Source: the human T2T-CHM13v2.0 reference genome, Homo sapiens
NCBI RefSeq assembly: GCF_009914755.1
Contig: NC_060936.1
DNA: 64,000 bases
Strand: one strand, 5' to 3'
How positions within the stretch are numbered: position 1 is the stretch's first letter; the number at the start of each line of letters is the position of its first letter. Below are positions 1-14,035 of this stretch, in pieces. The translations under genes and the position numbers were made by a program. Under the pieces are notes generated by a model. The model was not told the DNA's origin, made no database searches, and was given only the letters and a program-made list of their open reading frames with translations.

Positions 1-59
1 TACTTTAATCTCTCTCTCTACACATACACACACAAATATGCAATATATTTTTAAAAATT

Positions 60-190
60 CATAATCTTTCATTGAATTATTAACCAAAATTTAATCAACC
101 CCCTCTTCATGAAAATTTAGGATGTTTTCAATTCACAAAAACTGGATAACCACCCTCATAGGCATATCTTTGTGCAATAAACCTTTTCCT
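60..190 (-). mobile_element. L1ME fragment
   Basis: atttaggatgttttcaatt...catatctttgtgca resembles antisense L1ME. Confidence 0.45.
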
Positions 191-1127
191 TATTTTAAGT
201 AAGGTTGACCACCATGGGATCCTTTTAACTTCAATCCATTTATTCCCAACTGCCTCTTCCCACTTGGGAAACATAAAAATACATACAGCAAATGTAATCT
301 CACATAGTCACTTTCACTCACAATGACATGCAGATTCAAACTCAACTCATACAGAAATATACCCAGTATACAGATTCCTCATACATTCACTTGTCTCTGT
401 CATCAAAAGAGAGGAAGAGGCTAGGATAAGGCTATGGCTGCAAGAAGATAGGGACAGGATAGCAGAGGAGTTCTGAAGATTGGGGAGAAATGAAAATTAG
501 TCAGAGATTTATCAGAGAGATAAGAAAATAGTAATGTGGTCATGAGGCTGGCATCTCCAGTTATGAGAAGAAGGTATCAAAGTCATCAATTAGGAAAAGT
601 CTGATGCTGAGACCGGGAGGCTGACAGTGACATGGATGCTCAAGGGTAGGATGCATGAGGAGGACTTAGCCAGATGGGGGCTACACCACCACCATGCAGA
701 GCCAATGCCAGGGCTTGCGGGAAAACTCTCAATGAGAAAGGGAAAGGATGGAGGAGAAGGGCATGGGCTGATGAAAGGAAGAAGGATTTGATCCCTGTGA
801 AACACACTGCTTGAATGGCCAATCCTTGAACATGCATTTTACCCAGTATCTTTTAACGACTCAAACCAAATCCTGACACACCAACAGATTTCTCTAACTC
901 TGCATTCATCTATTTTCAGAATATGCTGAAATAACACCCACAGCATTACAGTTCTTCTTGGTCATCACACCATCCCCCAGTGCCATCCCAATCTCTAGGA
1001 GACACCCACATACCCACCTAATCTAGTGCCCCCCAAATCCTATTGGCACCATCTCCAAGTGAACTCCTTCCTTGCCAGTTAGACCCAGCACCCCATGTAA
1101 TTCCATGAGATTTCTTCTCCCCATGGC

Positions 1128-1268
1128 TGCATCTATGTTAAATGAGATAAAACAGCATCTGCCTCACAGCATTGTTGTGAGAGCTAAACGAATTAATACA
1201 GGTAAAAGGACTTCTAAGTCCTTTGCCTGAGGCATTGTCAAAGCTCAAAAATGTTAACCATTATTATA
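1128..1268 (+). mobile_element. MIR
   Basis: aaatgagataa...cctcacagcattgttgtgagagctaaacgaattaatacaggtaaa...gctcaaaaatgttaaccattatt. Confidence 0.75.
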
Positions 1269-2179
1269 ATGATTTCTCATTTGTAAATAAAACACATGTC
1301 ACTGATACTTTTATTCCTCATTTTTTACTGAGCCCTAATTTGGAGGAATCGGTTTCTTTCTGCCTAAAATATTAATGCCCCATGACTGATTTCAGTGGAA
1401 TATCTTCACAACCAATACATCCTTAGGCAGCCCCTTCTCCAATTCCCAGGTACCTTTGTGTCATCATATAAGCATACCTGGATTTGACAATCCTATCCAT
1501 TCTTTTTTCCTTCCCCCTGATAATGATTTGCTGTGCATACTCATTTTCATATATCCACCATCCCTAGCAGGTGCTTTACACATAGGAGGTATTTAACAAA
1601 AGTTGAATTTGATTCCCCTGCTCTCTTGCCTTAGCTTTTCCCTATTACCCATTATCTCCCTAACTTCTCCATAAACCACAAAGCCATTTTATGAGGAAAT
1701 AAATGCCATATGATCTCACAGTTACTTGTAGTAATCATCATGTCTATTATTTCAAATTCTCTGGACAAGGCACTCTAAGAGACACTAGAGGAAATAATCC
1801 CAGATGATCAGATTAGAAAGGCATGGATGATATAAGGCATAGTGTCTTGTATTATCTAGATTTATAATTTAAAAGTATACTATATTTTGAACTTTCATGG
1901 CAGGAGGCACACAAATATACGTTCATAAGGATTCCCAAAATGTGTTTGTATACCACAAAGGGATTATGTCTGTTAACACATTAATGAACAACAAAAAATG
2001 CACTGTATCACCCATGGCCCTGTCTAATGACCTGGCTGTAACACCAGTCATTTTTGTTTTCACCAAAAATAGTCCACAAGCTTCCCCACATTGAAAGTCA
2101 TTGATGAGATCTCCAAAGCAGTTACTTTGAATTTAGTCTAAATTTCTCTTTACTATAATAATTATTTTTAAATAATGTA

Positions 2180-2610
2180 GAGATACTCAAGAGTTCAGAG
2201 AACTTTAATCAAGATGGCTAAAGACATTAAAATAAACCCTTTGATGAACAGTGCAAGAAACTGCAATTGTTTAGTCTAGACAGCAGGCGCAGAAAGGTGA
2301 CGAGAGTTTGGCTTCACATTAATGAAGGGTTGTTATTAGTGAGGTAGTAATCATTTGCTATCCATGCCCACAGTAGACAACACAGGAGCAAACAAATTAA
2401 ATTACATCAGGAAAGATTTCAATTAGACATAAGGAAGAACCTCCCGGCTGATTAATTAGTAGAATAAAGTCCTTGAGAGAGACTGTCATCCTCATCTCTG
2501 GAGTGCTTCAAGGAGGCAGTAAACAATTCTCTACCTTGGCAGGCTTTGGTAATCATCTAGCTATGCCACCAAGACCTCTAGAGGTCCCCTCCACCTATTT
2601 GATTTGATGA
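2180..2610 (+). mobile_element. L3/CR1 LINE 3' fragment
   Basis: gaaactgcaattgtttagtctaga...aggaaagatttcaattagacataaggaagaac...tctctggagtgcttcaag matches the CR1/L3 3' end. Confidence 0.7.
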
Positions 2611-4699
2611 GTCTCTTACAGTGCTTATTGGTATCTCATGGGTCACAGAAATACACTGGAACTGGCAAAACACTGAGGCTCAATAAGGCTGGAAAACAGC
2701 AGGGATTAGTGGGAGAATTAAGGACTGAATAGACATAAGAAATGCCATTCTTCAATATGATCATATTCTAACTCTGTTAAGATCGAAAGAAAAATGCATA
2801 AACTCATACTTTCCCAGTGGGAGACTAAATGGTTAGAAATAAAATAAAGTATCTTCCAGCAACCTAAGGAGAACTCAATCAGCAGAGAAAATAAAAAGGT
2901 CAAAGTAGACTCACTATTTAATCATATTTTCCAGGACACCGACATGCCTCCCATAGATCTAAAGCCCCAGCTTTATGCCATGTTGCTGTATGGACAGCAG
3001 TAGTCCCCAAATTAATCTCACACATTTCCTCCTGTAGCCTGAACATGGAATTCCCAACCTCCCCATGTCTGACCATCAAAGCGTTAACCACCTTGAAAGC
3101 CCAAGCTCAGATGCCACCTGCCCTAGGAAGATTTTTTGAATCTCCTAAACTGGAATGTCAGAACTGTGTGAGTCCTGTTTGCCTCAGCTCCACACAGCTA
3201 CAGGGACAAAACACTCACAAAGTAAATCGGAGCAGGAGACATTTTGGCCTGCCTTGTTCCAAGGCATCTTCCCAGGCCCAGAGAGCTTCCATGGTTCTCT
3301 TCTTTCCCTTTGATGCAGGCTTTCAGACACAGTCTCCTTCCTCCTCCTCTCAGGAACAGCCACCCCATCTATTATCCCTTGTAAAAATCTCTTTGCCCAA
3401 GCTTGGCTATAGAGAGGCAATGAGGTTTTCCAACCCGTCACTTCTCGCTGCTCATGAGGGTCAGCATGTAAACTCTTTTCTGTTTAAAGGTCTTATTCTT
3501 AATCTATGAGCATGAATGGTAAAAAACACAAGATCGTAATTAAAGTGAAAATCTCACTTTGCTTTTATTCCTGAATCAAGAGCCTACCAAATGTCAATTC
3601 TGTCAGCTCTTACTCCATTAATGAAGGCCTTGTAGTCTCTCTTTCACTCCAGCAATTCATTCAAGGGAGAACAACAGATCTACACCAGCATCAGGTTGCA
3701 TCTCAGAAGATCTCACAGGGGAAAACGCCCAAACAAGTAGGTCTCCTGCAACTCTTTAACGGATATTTTATGAAAGATGGCCTGTGACTCAGGAGAAGAA
3801 GCCTCTGATTCCCTTTCAGTGATATTAATCACTATATCTTCTTCCTGAACTCAATAGCTAAATGCCAAAGAATTATAAACAGAGGTAGATACTCATAGAG
3901 ATGCCCATTTGCTATACGTTTATGTAGTTTCCAAAAGATTAACATTATTTTCTTGGGGTCTTTGGAATGTTGTGGTTATCTAAAGAAAAGTTAAACAGTG
4001 TTATATCAATAAACAACTAAATCAGGGAAATCAATGCATTTTTTGAACACTTATCAGATCTCTTGCACCAGTGAACAGCAGTTATAAAATCTGAGATTTT
4101 CACTTAGCACCTATTCGGTACAGGGCTTGAGATAGGTGGAGAATGTGCAGATATACAAAACACGGCTGCTTTGTGGACAGTAAAATTGAAAAAAAAATTT
4201 AACTTAAATTTTTGTAAATCCTATTGGAATATTTCTATTCAATGCCTGAAAAGAAGGAATGAAAGCAACAAATCTCTTTGAGAATTTGTAACACGTAAAA
4301 TATACAGCAAGTTTACTGGGCAATCATGGTGAGAGAGACAGGCACAGGCTCCTAGGTCTCCCACAGAGCTCTTGTAGAGAGCTGATCTGCTGGACCCAAG
4401 CTGAAGGTCTAAGCAAGGCTAGAAGCCTGATACATGTAGAGTTTGTTCAAGGAACAGGGGAGTTACAGGCAATAAGGCAGAGTGGGCTGTGACTCAGCAG
4501 GTACAGACTTGTGTTGAACTTAGTCCAGCTATCCCAGACCAAAAGGTGAACAGCAGCAAAACTAATAAAGGTTGTGAATTTACCACTTCCCAATAGAAGT
4601 AGTTTTGGAAATGAGCTGGCAATTATAAGATTCTCTTTGAGGCTGGGTAATGAGGAGAGGCTATGTCCTCTCCTTCCCCCACGCTTCCCGTAAGTTTTA

Positions 4700-4830
4700 T
4701 TCTGTCACACTTAAAACAACTTTGTGGGAGTAGGCATTGTTATTTCCATTTTACAGAGAGAATTGAGTTCGACCTGAGAGATTAAGAAAAGTCACCAGTG
4801 AGGCCACTCTAACGTCAAAGCCTATGTATG
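4700..4830 (-). mobile_element. MIR
   Basis: aacaactttgtgggagtaggcattgttatttccattttacagagagaattgag. Confidence 0.6.
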
Positions 4831-5249
4831 AACTCCCTTTTTCCATACGAAGATCATTTTTCTTAATAGAGAAGATGTAATTAAAATAGAGGTGGACTAT
4901 TTCTGATTTCATTTATCATCTGTTTACATAAGACCAACTGCCCCATGAAATAAGTCTATCCTTTGGTTATTCTTGCTCCACATTTTAAAAGTTATCTTTA
5001 TTATTTTGGCATTTGAAGAGGAGAGGAGACATTGAATTTGTGGGGTTTTTTGAGCACTTATTTATGCTAAATACTTTACATATATCATTTCTTTCTATAA
5101 AATATCATTTTCCTATTACATACAAGAAAAAAACTGGTACATACACAGAGAGGTTAATCAACTTATCCAAGGTGACAGGTATCGGTAATTCTAACTATCT
5201 TCTTGCAGTACTGTTCAGTGTACACTAGTGTTTTCTTTGTTTATTAGCT

Positions 5250-5400
5250 TTTTCATTCATTCGAAAATATTTATTGAGTGCTTCCAATATTTATTTAGTT
5301 CCAGACTCTGTTCCCAGTACCTGGGATACATAGAACAAAGATCCTTGCCCTTGTAAAGCTTAAATTCTAATGGTGGTAATAGATAATAAATGAGAAACCC
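5250..5400 (-). mobile_element. L2 3' end
   Basis: ttcattcattcgaaaatatttattgagtgc...ctgggatacatagaacaaagatccttgccct. Confidence 0.7.
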
Positions 5401-5479
5401 AGGTTTACATAAATAAAGAAGTGATTTTTCTTTCATCTTGTGAAGTATGTCTTCAAAATCCAAACTTACTGGTTCTGGT

Positions 5480-6035
5480 TCCAGATAAGATGGAGTGAAC
5501 ACATGCCAATTTTTTTCTCCTACTTAACACAACTATGAAACCTTGATAAAATTCATGGCACACCTATCTGAGGTCTCTGAGAATAAAATATCAACAGGCA
5601 GATTGAGAAGAACACCAGAATTCAAAGTGTCACCAAACTGAGTGGCTTTAAATAAGGCTCAGAAACTCATAACATAATATTTAAAATATCCAAAATACAA
5701 TCCAAAATTACTCAGCATACAAAGAACCATAACATGTCGGCTTGTACAAGAAAAAAACAATTGACAGGCCCCCAACATTGTGATGACACAAATGTTCAAA
5801 TTATCTGACCAAGATTTTAAAGCAGCTATTATAAAAATACTCAAACAAGCAATCATGAACATGCTTTCAACAAGTTAAAATCGAAAGCGTCAGCAAAGAC
5901 ACAGAAGATAGAAAGAAGAACCAAACAGAAATTTTAGAAATGAAACAATATAATGGTTAATATAAAAAATACTTGCTGGATGGAACTCAGTGACCAAAAT
6001 GTTAGTAATAGAGGAAAGAGTCAGTTAACTTAAAG
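5480..6035 (+). mobile_element. Ancient L1M 5'/ORF1-region fragment
   Basis: A-rich sequence with caatccaaaattactcagcatacaaagaacc and aagaagaaccaaacagaaattttagaaatgaaacaatataat, resembling L1ME ORF1-region consensus. Confidence 0.55.
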
Positions 6036-6239
6036 GTAACAAGTATAGCTGAGCAGTACCTTCTCCTTGAGGCTCTAAGTACTGCACCAGATCCACGGGT
6101 CACTACCTCTGAGCTTCTAAATTCTAATAACCACAACCCCAGCTCTAAAACGAAGTCCCGGCAGGTATTATTTCTCAGCATTCCCTTTTCATTCTTCCAG
6201 CTGTCTGATTTCCTATATTACATTCCCACTGTTGACAAA

Positions 6240-8845
<2,606 letters not shown>

Positions 8846-8859
8846 TTAATGAAAGAAAA

Positions 8860-9115
8860 AAGCAAAATTAATCTATGGTGAAATAAATCAAAACAGTGGT
8901 CGCCTTTGTGTATAGATGTGTATTGGGAGTGGGGAGAGGACAAGTATTGACTGGGAAGGGGCATGAGACACAACTAGTGATAAAAATGTTCCATATACTG
9001 ATAGAGGTGTGGGTTACACCCATGAAGGCATTTGTGAAAGCTCACTGAATAGGCACCTAAGATAAATGTTGAAACACCTAGTGTGCTTTGTTTCCATTAG
9101 AATTTTATCTTTGGA
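8860..9115 (+). mobile_element. Old L1M 3' region, right part
   Basis: gcaaaattaatctatggtgaaataaatcaaaacagtggt...tgactgggaaggggcatgag continues the consensus that breaks at 6640. Confidence 0.8.
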
Positions 9116-11167
9116 GAATATTATAAAGTCTCTGACTATCAGGGAAAGCCAATCTTTTCTATCAACTTTTGAAATACATTGCTATAAAGTATAGGGCGTA
9201 TGTTTTCTAATTTCAAAATTTTAAACCCTAAGTTAATATGGTCAATATCTCTCTCCCAAGTTTCTAGGTACCCCCACATCTTCAAACAGTTCTTGGAGAT
9301 AGCTTCTCTTGGTGTTAATTTATATTCAGAATATGTGACAGTGAAAATGTTTCTTGATCTCAATTTAGTTCACTTCAATAAATATTACCGAGCATAACTA
9401 TATACAACGCAAGGTGCTAAGTGATGCAAGAAATCCAAGATAGATAGCATTTAGTCCCTCCTTCAATATGCTTACCACCAAGCATAAGATGAGATACCAA
9501 AGAATTAAAATATAGGCAGGATAGAAGTAATTTTAAAGAGTGTAATACACAATCAACAAGACATGAAACATTTACAGTACATTTAAGAAACGTTAGGTAT
9601 TTCTTTTAACATCCTTGGTTGAAACCATTTTAAGTTAACAACATGACTTTTTTCCCCTACTCTTGGTCCACTTGATGCTCTCCTTTTATGCTCCTAGCAG
9701 ACATAATTAGCAGACACTGATGATGTCATTCCACCAAATCTCCATTCCTATTAGCCCTAATAATTTTAGCAAGTGATCATGAAAGAACACTGACCTTAGT
9801 GGCTTAAGCCTCCCATATTCAAGAGGTCCCCATCTTACGAAGACAGGCAGTATGACTCCCTCTAAAGAGGCACCAACTTCTTTTCAAATGAATCACAGAA
9901 TCTAATTATTCTGAAAATTATTTAAGCAGAAATCAGTACCTATATTCATCCCATAAAAGAGCAGCCATGAAATACTTCCCTAGCGATGAGCCATCAGTGT
10001 TGGTAAGACGTTCTTAATAGAACAAGAAGTCACATGAACCAATACGTCATTCCACATGTGAACAAAAATTCTACAAGGGAACAACTCAGAATCTGGTTGT
10101 TATTTTTGCCTGTTTTTTTTCTTGCTATCAGGGTCACTAATGCTTAAGAAAAGTACGTAGAGAGTGGGGCAAAAGTTGAGACAATAAAGCTTGCATATTT
10201 AGAAATCTGTGTCTACAAGATGTTTCCTTCTTCTGAACAAAAGCTTGCCATTATTACCAACCACTTAGAGCTTTTAGTCTGCCTGGCTGGAGAACAATGC
10301 AGAGTGTTTAAGATGCTCTGTTACCAGTGTTTTGTAAAGATTTTTTTTTCTTACTCCTAAGGACTTTGCTCCTTTGTGACCTTAAGGGTGTGTAATTTTC
10401 AGTTTCTGTTTAGCATAGACAAGATGAGTATTGTTTCTAGCCCTGTATTCTAAAAGCAAAATCCCTAAAACTCCAATTCAGAAATTAAATAGATTTCTAA
10501 AAATGTACCCTACATCACTCAACCAAAGTCTGTCTCTCAGGAAGTGGGAGGGCATAAGATTCTCTCCTTCCTGTCCTCCCTCCCCCACCCACCACTCCTG
10601 ATGGATTGGAGATGTCAGCTTGTCAAGTCTTATTGGGTGCTACCTGATGTAAGTCCACACTGAGGCAGTAAAAATCTGTTTGCAGTCAGCTCTTTTAATA
10701 AGTCTCAGCAAACAGGAGGAAAGCAGATCTATTCAGTAAGATACTTCCTCTGATACAGCGGGGAAAAAATAGTCCATGACAGAGGCTTGATATGGAGGAG
10801 ACTTTTAGACAAAGAACAGTTCTTTCTTTAGCAAAGCTGGAGAGAAATAGTTTCCCTAGGGATTTGAGGATTCTAAGAAATACTGTATTTTTATGCTTAT
10901 GATTCAAACCTGACCCAGACTCCAAACTTTTTAAAAAGGAGGTCATATCTCCCCTGTAAAATGCCCCCATCCCACAGAGTCTTGCTGAGTCCTAAGCATT
11001 TTGTGGGTTCAGAACTCTGATAAATTATATTGATGCTGCCTCTTAATCTTAAGCCCAAAGGGGGAACGCTGGTTGGTTACCCAGCCTTCCACCTATGCCA
11101 AAAAGAATAAGAAAGCCTGAGAAGGTCAAATGTTCTGAGAATATATTTTATAATACAAATCACCTAA

Positions 11168-11297
11168 TTTTTTTATTATTGTTTGTGCAAGTTTAAGGGG
11201 TACATATGCAGTTTTGATACATGCACAGATTGTGTAGTGGTCAAGTTAGGGCTTTTAGGGTATCTATCGCCTGAATAACATATGTTGTCTCCATTAA
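11168..11297 (-). mobile_element. L1MA-type 3' end fragment
   Basis: Poly-T, then tttaaggggtacatatgcagttttgatacatgcacagattgtgtagtggtcaagttagggcttttagggtatctatc. Confidence 0.8.
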
Positions 11298-13497
11298 CTC
11301 TTTTCTCGTCATATACCAAAGTAAAGAGTTTCTCAAGAAATTTCAAAACTCTGGGAAATATGTGTTTATGTACTATCACTTCATTATTCAGATAAAATTA
11401 GGTGCCAACCACCTGAAGAGAGTGGGCCAATCTTTTCAGTAAAAGATTGCTTCTCGTAGTTCTTAGCGCATTGCTGGAGTATTATGGGTCTTAACGGTGC
11501 TAAACGTTGATGGATGGTGGTGGTGGTGATAGTTATGACGATGATGTATGAAATAATGAAGAAGACAATGATGTTCGCTAACAAGATGAAGCCAAATTTA
11601 AAAATGACCTGACAGGGTGAATTATTCTGGGAATAATTATTATGTATGTATTCCTTCATTCACTTTTCTGAAGCCTCTCCGTTATCATCACCCATATCAT
11701 ATTCACTTCTCCTAGAATAGTGCAGACATGGCAGAAAGTGAATTCCAGGAGTCTGGCTAGTAACATTCAAATTAAACTTATTGCACCATTAGGCTGAGAA
11801 ATGTTTTTCTTTCTGGCAAGAATAAAATGATAACTATAAAAGTTCTTAACAATATAAGGTTTTTCAGGAATAGTCTTGCTCTGAAGGTAAAAAGTTGTCT
11901 CTGTTCCTAACTCTTAGGAAAAGTAACATGCAGTAAACACTTAGTAACATTTTGAATGAATGCATGCATGATTGGATAAATAAATGGATAAATATACAAA
12001 AGAGTGGGTAAGTGAATAAATGGCTCATTGAACTATATCTCTCTACTTTTTAGAATAGTTACTGATTGTGCAGGTAAAAATCACATCGTAAGAAATCTGG
12101 GGCTTATCCTCTGAAAGAATGATCTCAGAGAACCTAAACTCTGATCTTTCAAATGAGTATTTTAAGATTACTGTACATGTGCTTCAGAAGCTTACTGCAA
12201 AATATAACCCCTTGATAATAAAACAAAATAAACTAGTCATGATGATGTCATAAGAGCAAGTCCTTTTCTAGGTCATTATAATTTTTCATGTCAATTTCCA
12301 CAGAATTTTAACCAGAAGATCTGTAGAAGCAGTAGAATTTTATCTCTATGGGATGTGGTGATGGAGGTATGTTTCTTCCAGCATTTGCTTACAACTCCCA
12401 TAATATCTATTTACAAATCATTATCCTGTCCTTCATGATCTAAGTCCAAAAATCACTGAGCTAACAGCCACACAATCCTTTCTGCAGGATTTTTTAAAAG
12501 CCTACAAAGAAAGTCTCAATGGATAGTTGGTGACCTAAACATCACCAGGTTGAAAACTCCTTGGGGATAAGAATATCCCCAATTTATAATACCTCTGTAT
12601 CTACAACAAACTTAATAGTAAGTTCTGCATAAAACAGCCTCTTAATAAATGTCCATTGATTAAATGCAGAAATGGGACTAGGGTGATGCAATAGGAAATA
12701 AATACTGTGCAAATTTAGAGACAGGAGAGTATAGTGTAGGGAGGTGAAGTCAGAACAGACTTCACGGAGGATGACAGACTTAAATAATATATTGAAATAA
12801 ATGGCTGTGCTATGAGCCAGTAGTAATCTAAGCATCTAAAATGAAAAAGCACTAAGCTCTAAGGGTGTGGAGCTATCTCACAGTGGCACCTTATACAGGG
12901 TATTTCTGACTTTGAATATCTTACCGTTGAGAAGAACCCTACCTAAATGGGCCATGCATTTCATTGTCACAGTGGATGATGGCAAGTGAAATACGAGATT
13001 GATGTCGAATTTTTCAAGAAAGATGGAAGACAGGGATATGGAATGAAGGTGAGAAAGAAAGAAGGAAAGAAATGCTTTCAATGAAAGAAATTCTTCTTTC
13101 CCACATTTCCAGTTGAAGGATTAATCTGTCCTCTGAGAGTTAATGTCATATGATGATCTTTAGGAAAACACAAAATAGAGGGCATTTCGCACTGCCAAAT
13201 GTTCCTATCATTCCATTCCTGTCGTGTCCACATATAGTAGTGTTAGTTTCATAATCTTTGGTCTTTGTGACTGAGAAAGTCCTTCTCATTCACACCTCTG
13301 CCTAAGGTGACTACCCTGATGTGACTAAATATGCAAGGACTTAGTTCTTTGACCTAATGCAAGAACTATAGAAAACTACTAAATTTTCTGCAAACCCAGA
13401 AAATAAGAACGGTCAGTTCTCAACAGAAGGGGAAATGAGGGAAAGGTTACTAGCATTTCCTATGTAATAAATATGTTTGCATTGTATCATGCCATAC

Positions 13498-13500
<3 letters not shown>

Positions 13501-13535
<35 letters not shown>
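13501..13535. repeat. (TG)17 microsatellite
   Basis: Perfect tg repeat, read directly. Confidence 0.98.
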
Positions 13536-13537
<2 letters not shown>

Positions 13538-13539
13538 TC

Positions 13540-13705
13540 ACTCAATCATTACAGAGACCCTTAAATTTTGGAGTTTATATCTCCTTTTTACAGTTGGTAA
13601 AGCTGAGGTATGGACAGTTTTACACAAGTTAAATAGCTACTAAGTGGTTATGAATCCCAGGAGACTTGGGATTCATAACTAGGTCTGGCCGACTCTAAAA
13701 TATAC
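13540..13705 (-). mobile_element. MIR
   Basis: ccttttttacagttggtaaagctgaggta...taagtgg...gggattcataactaggtctggccgactctaaa. Confidence 0.65.
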
Positions 13706-13779
13706 TGCAGCTCAGAAAACAGGCAATTCTGGGTAATAAAAAAACAATTCTGATTTAAAATAAAAGCAAGGCAATGCAG

Positions 13780-14035
13780 AATAACAAGAAAAGATCATTA
13801 GAATTAAATCCAGCCCCGCTTGGAATACTATCTCTATCATCAACCCTTAAACAAATTACTTTCCATTAGCCACAGTTTCTCCTCTGTTAAATGGCCTAAG
13901 AACTACCCGACAACACAGCAGTATGAACTAGATATGATAATCTTTGTGAATGTGCCTAACCCAGTAGCCTATACAATAGGGCTCCTGGCACAGAATCTGT
14001 ACCGAGTAGGCATTCAGTAAATATTTGTTGAATGA
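13780..14035 (+). mobile_element. MIR followed by an L2 3' tail
   Basis: ccttaaacaaattactt...cagtttctcctctgttaaatgg...gtaggcattcagtaaatatttgttgaatga. Confidence 0.6.
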
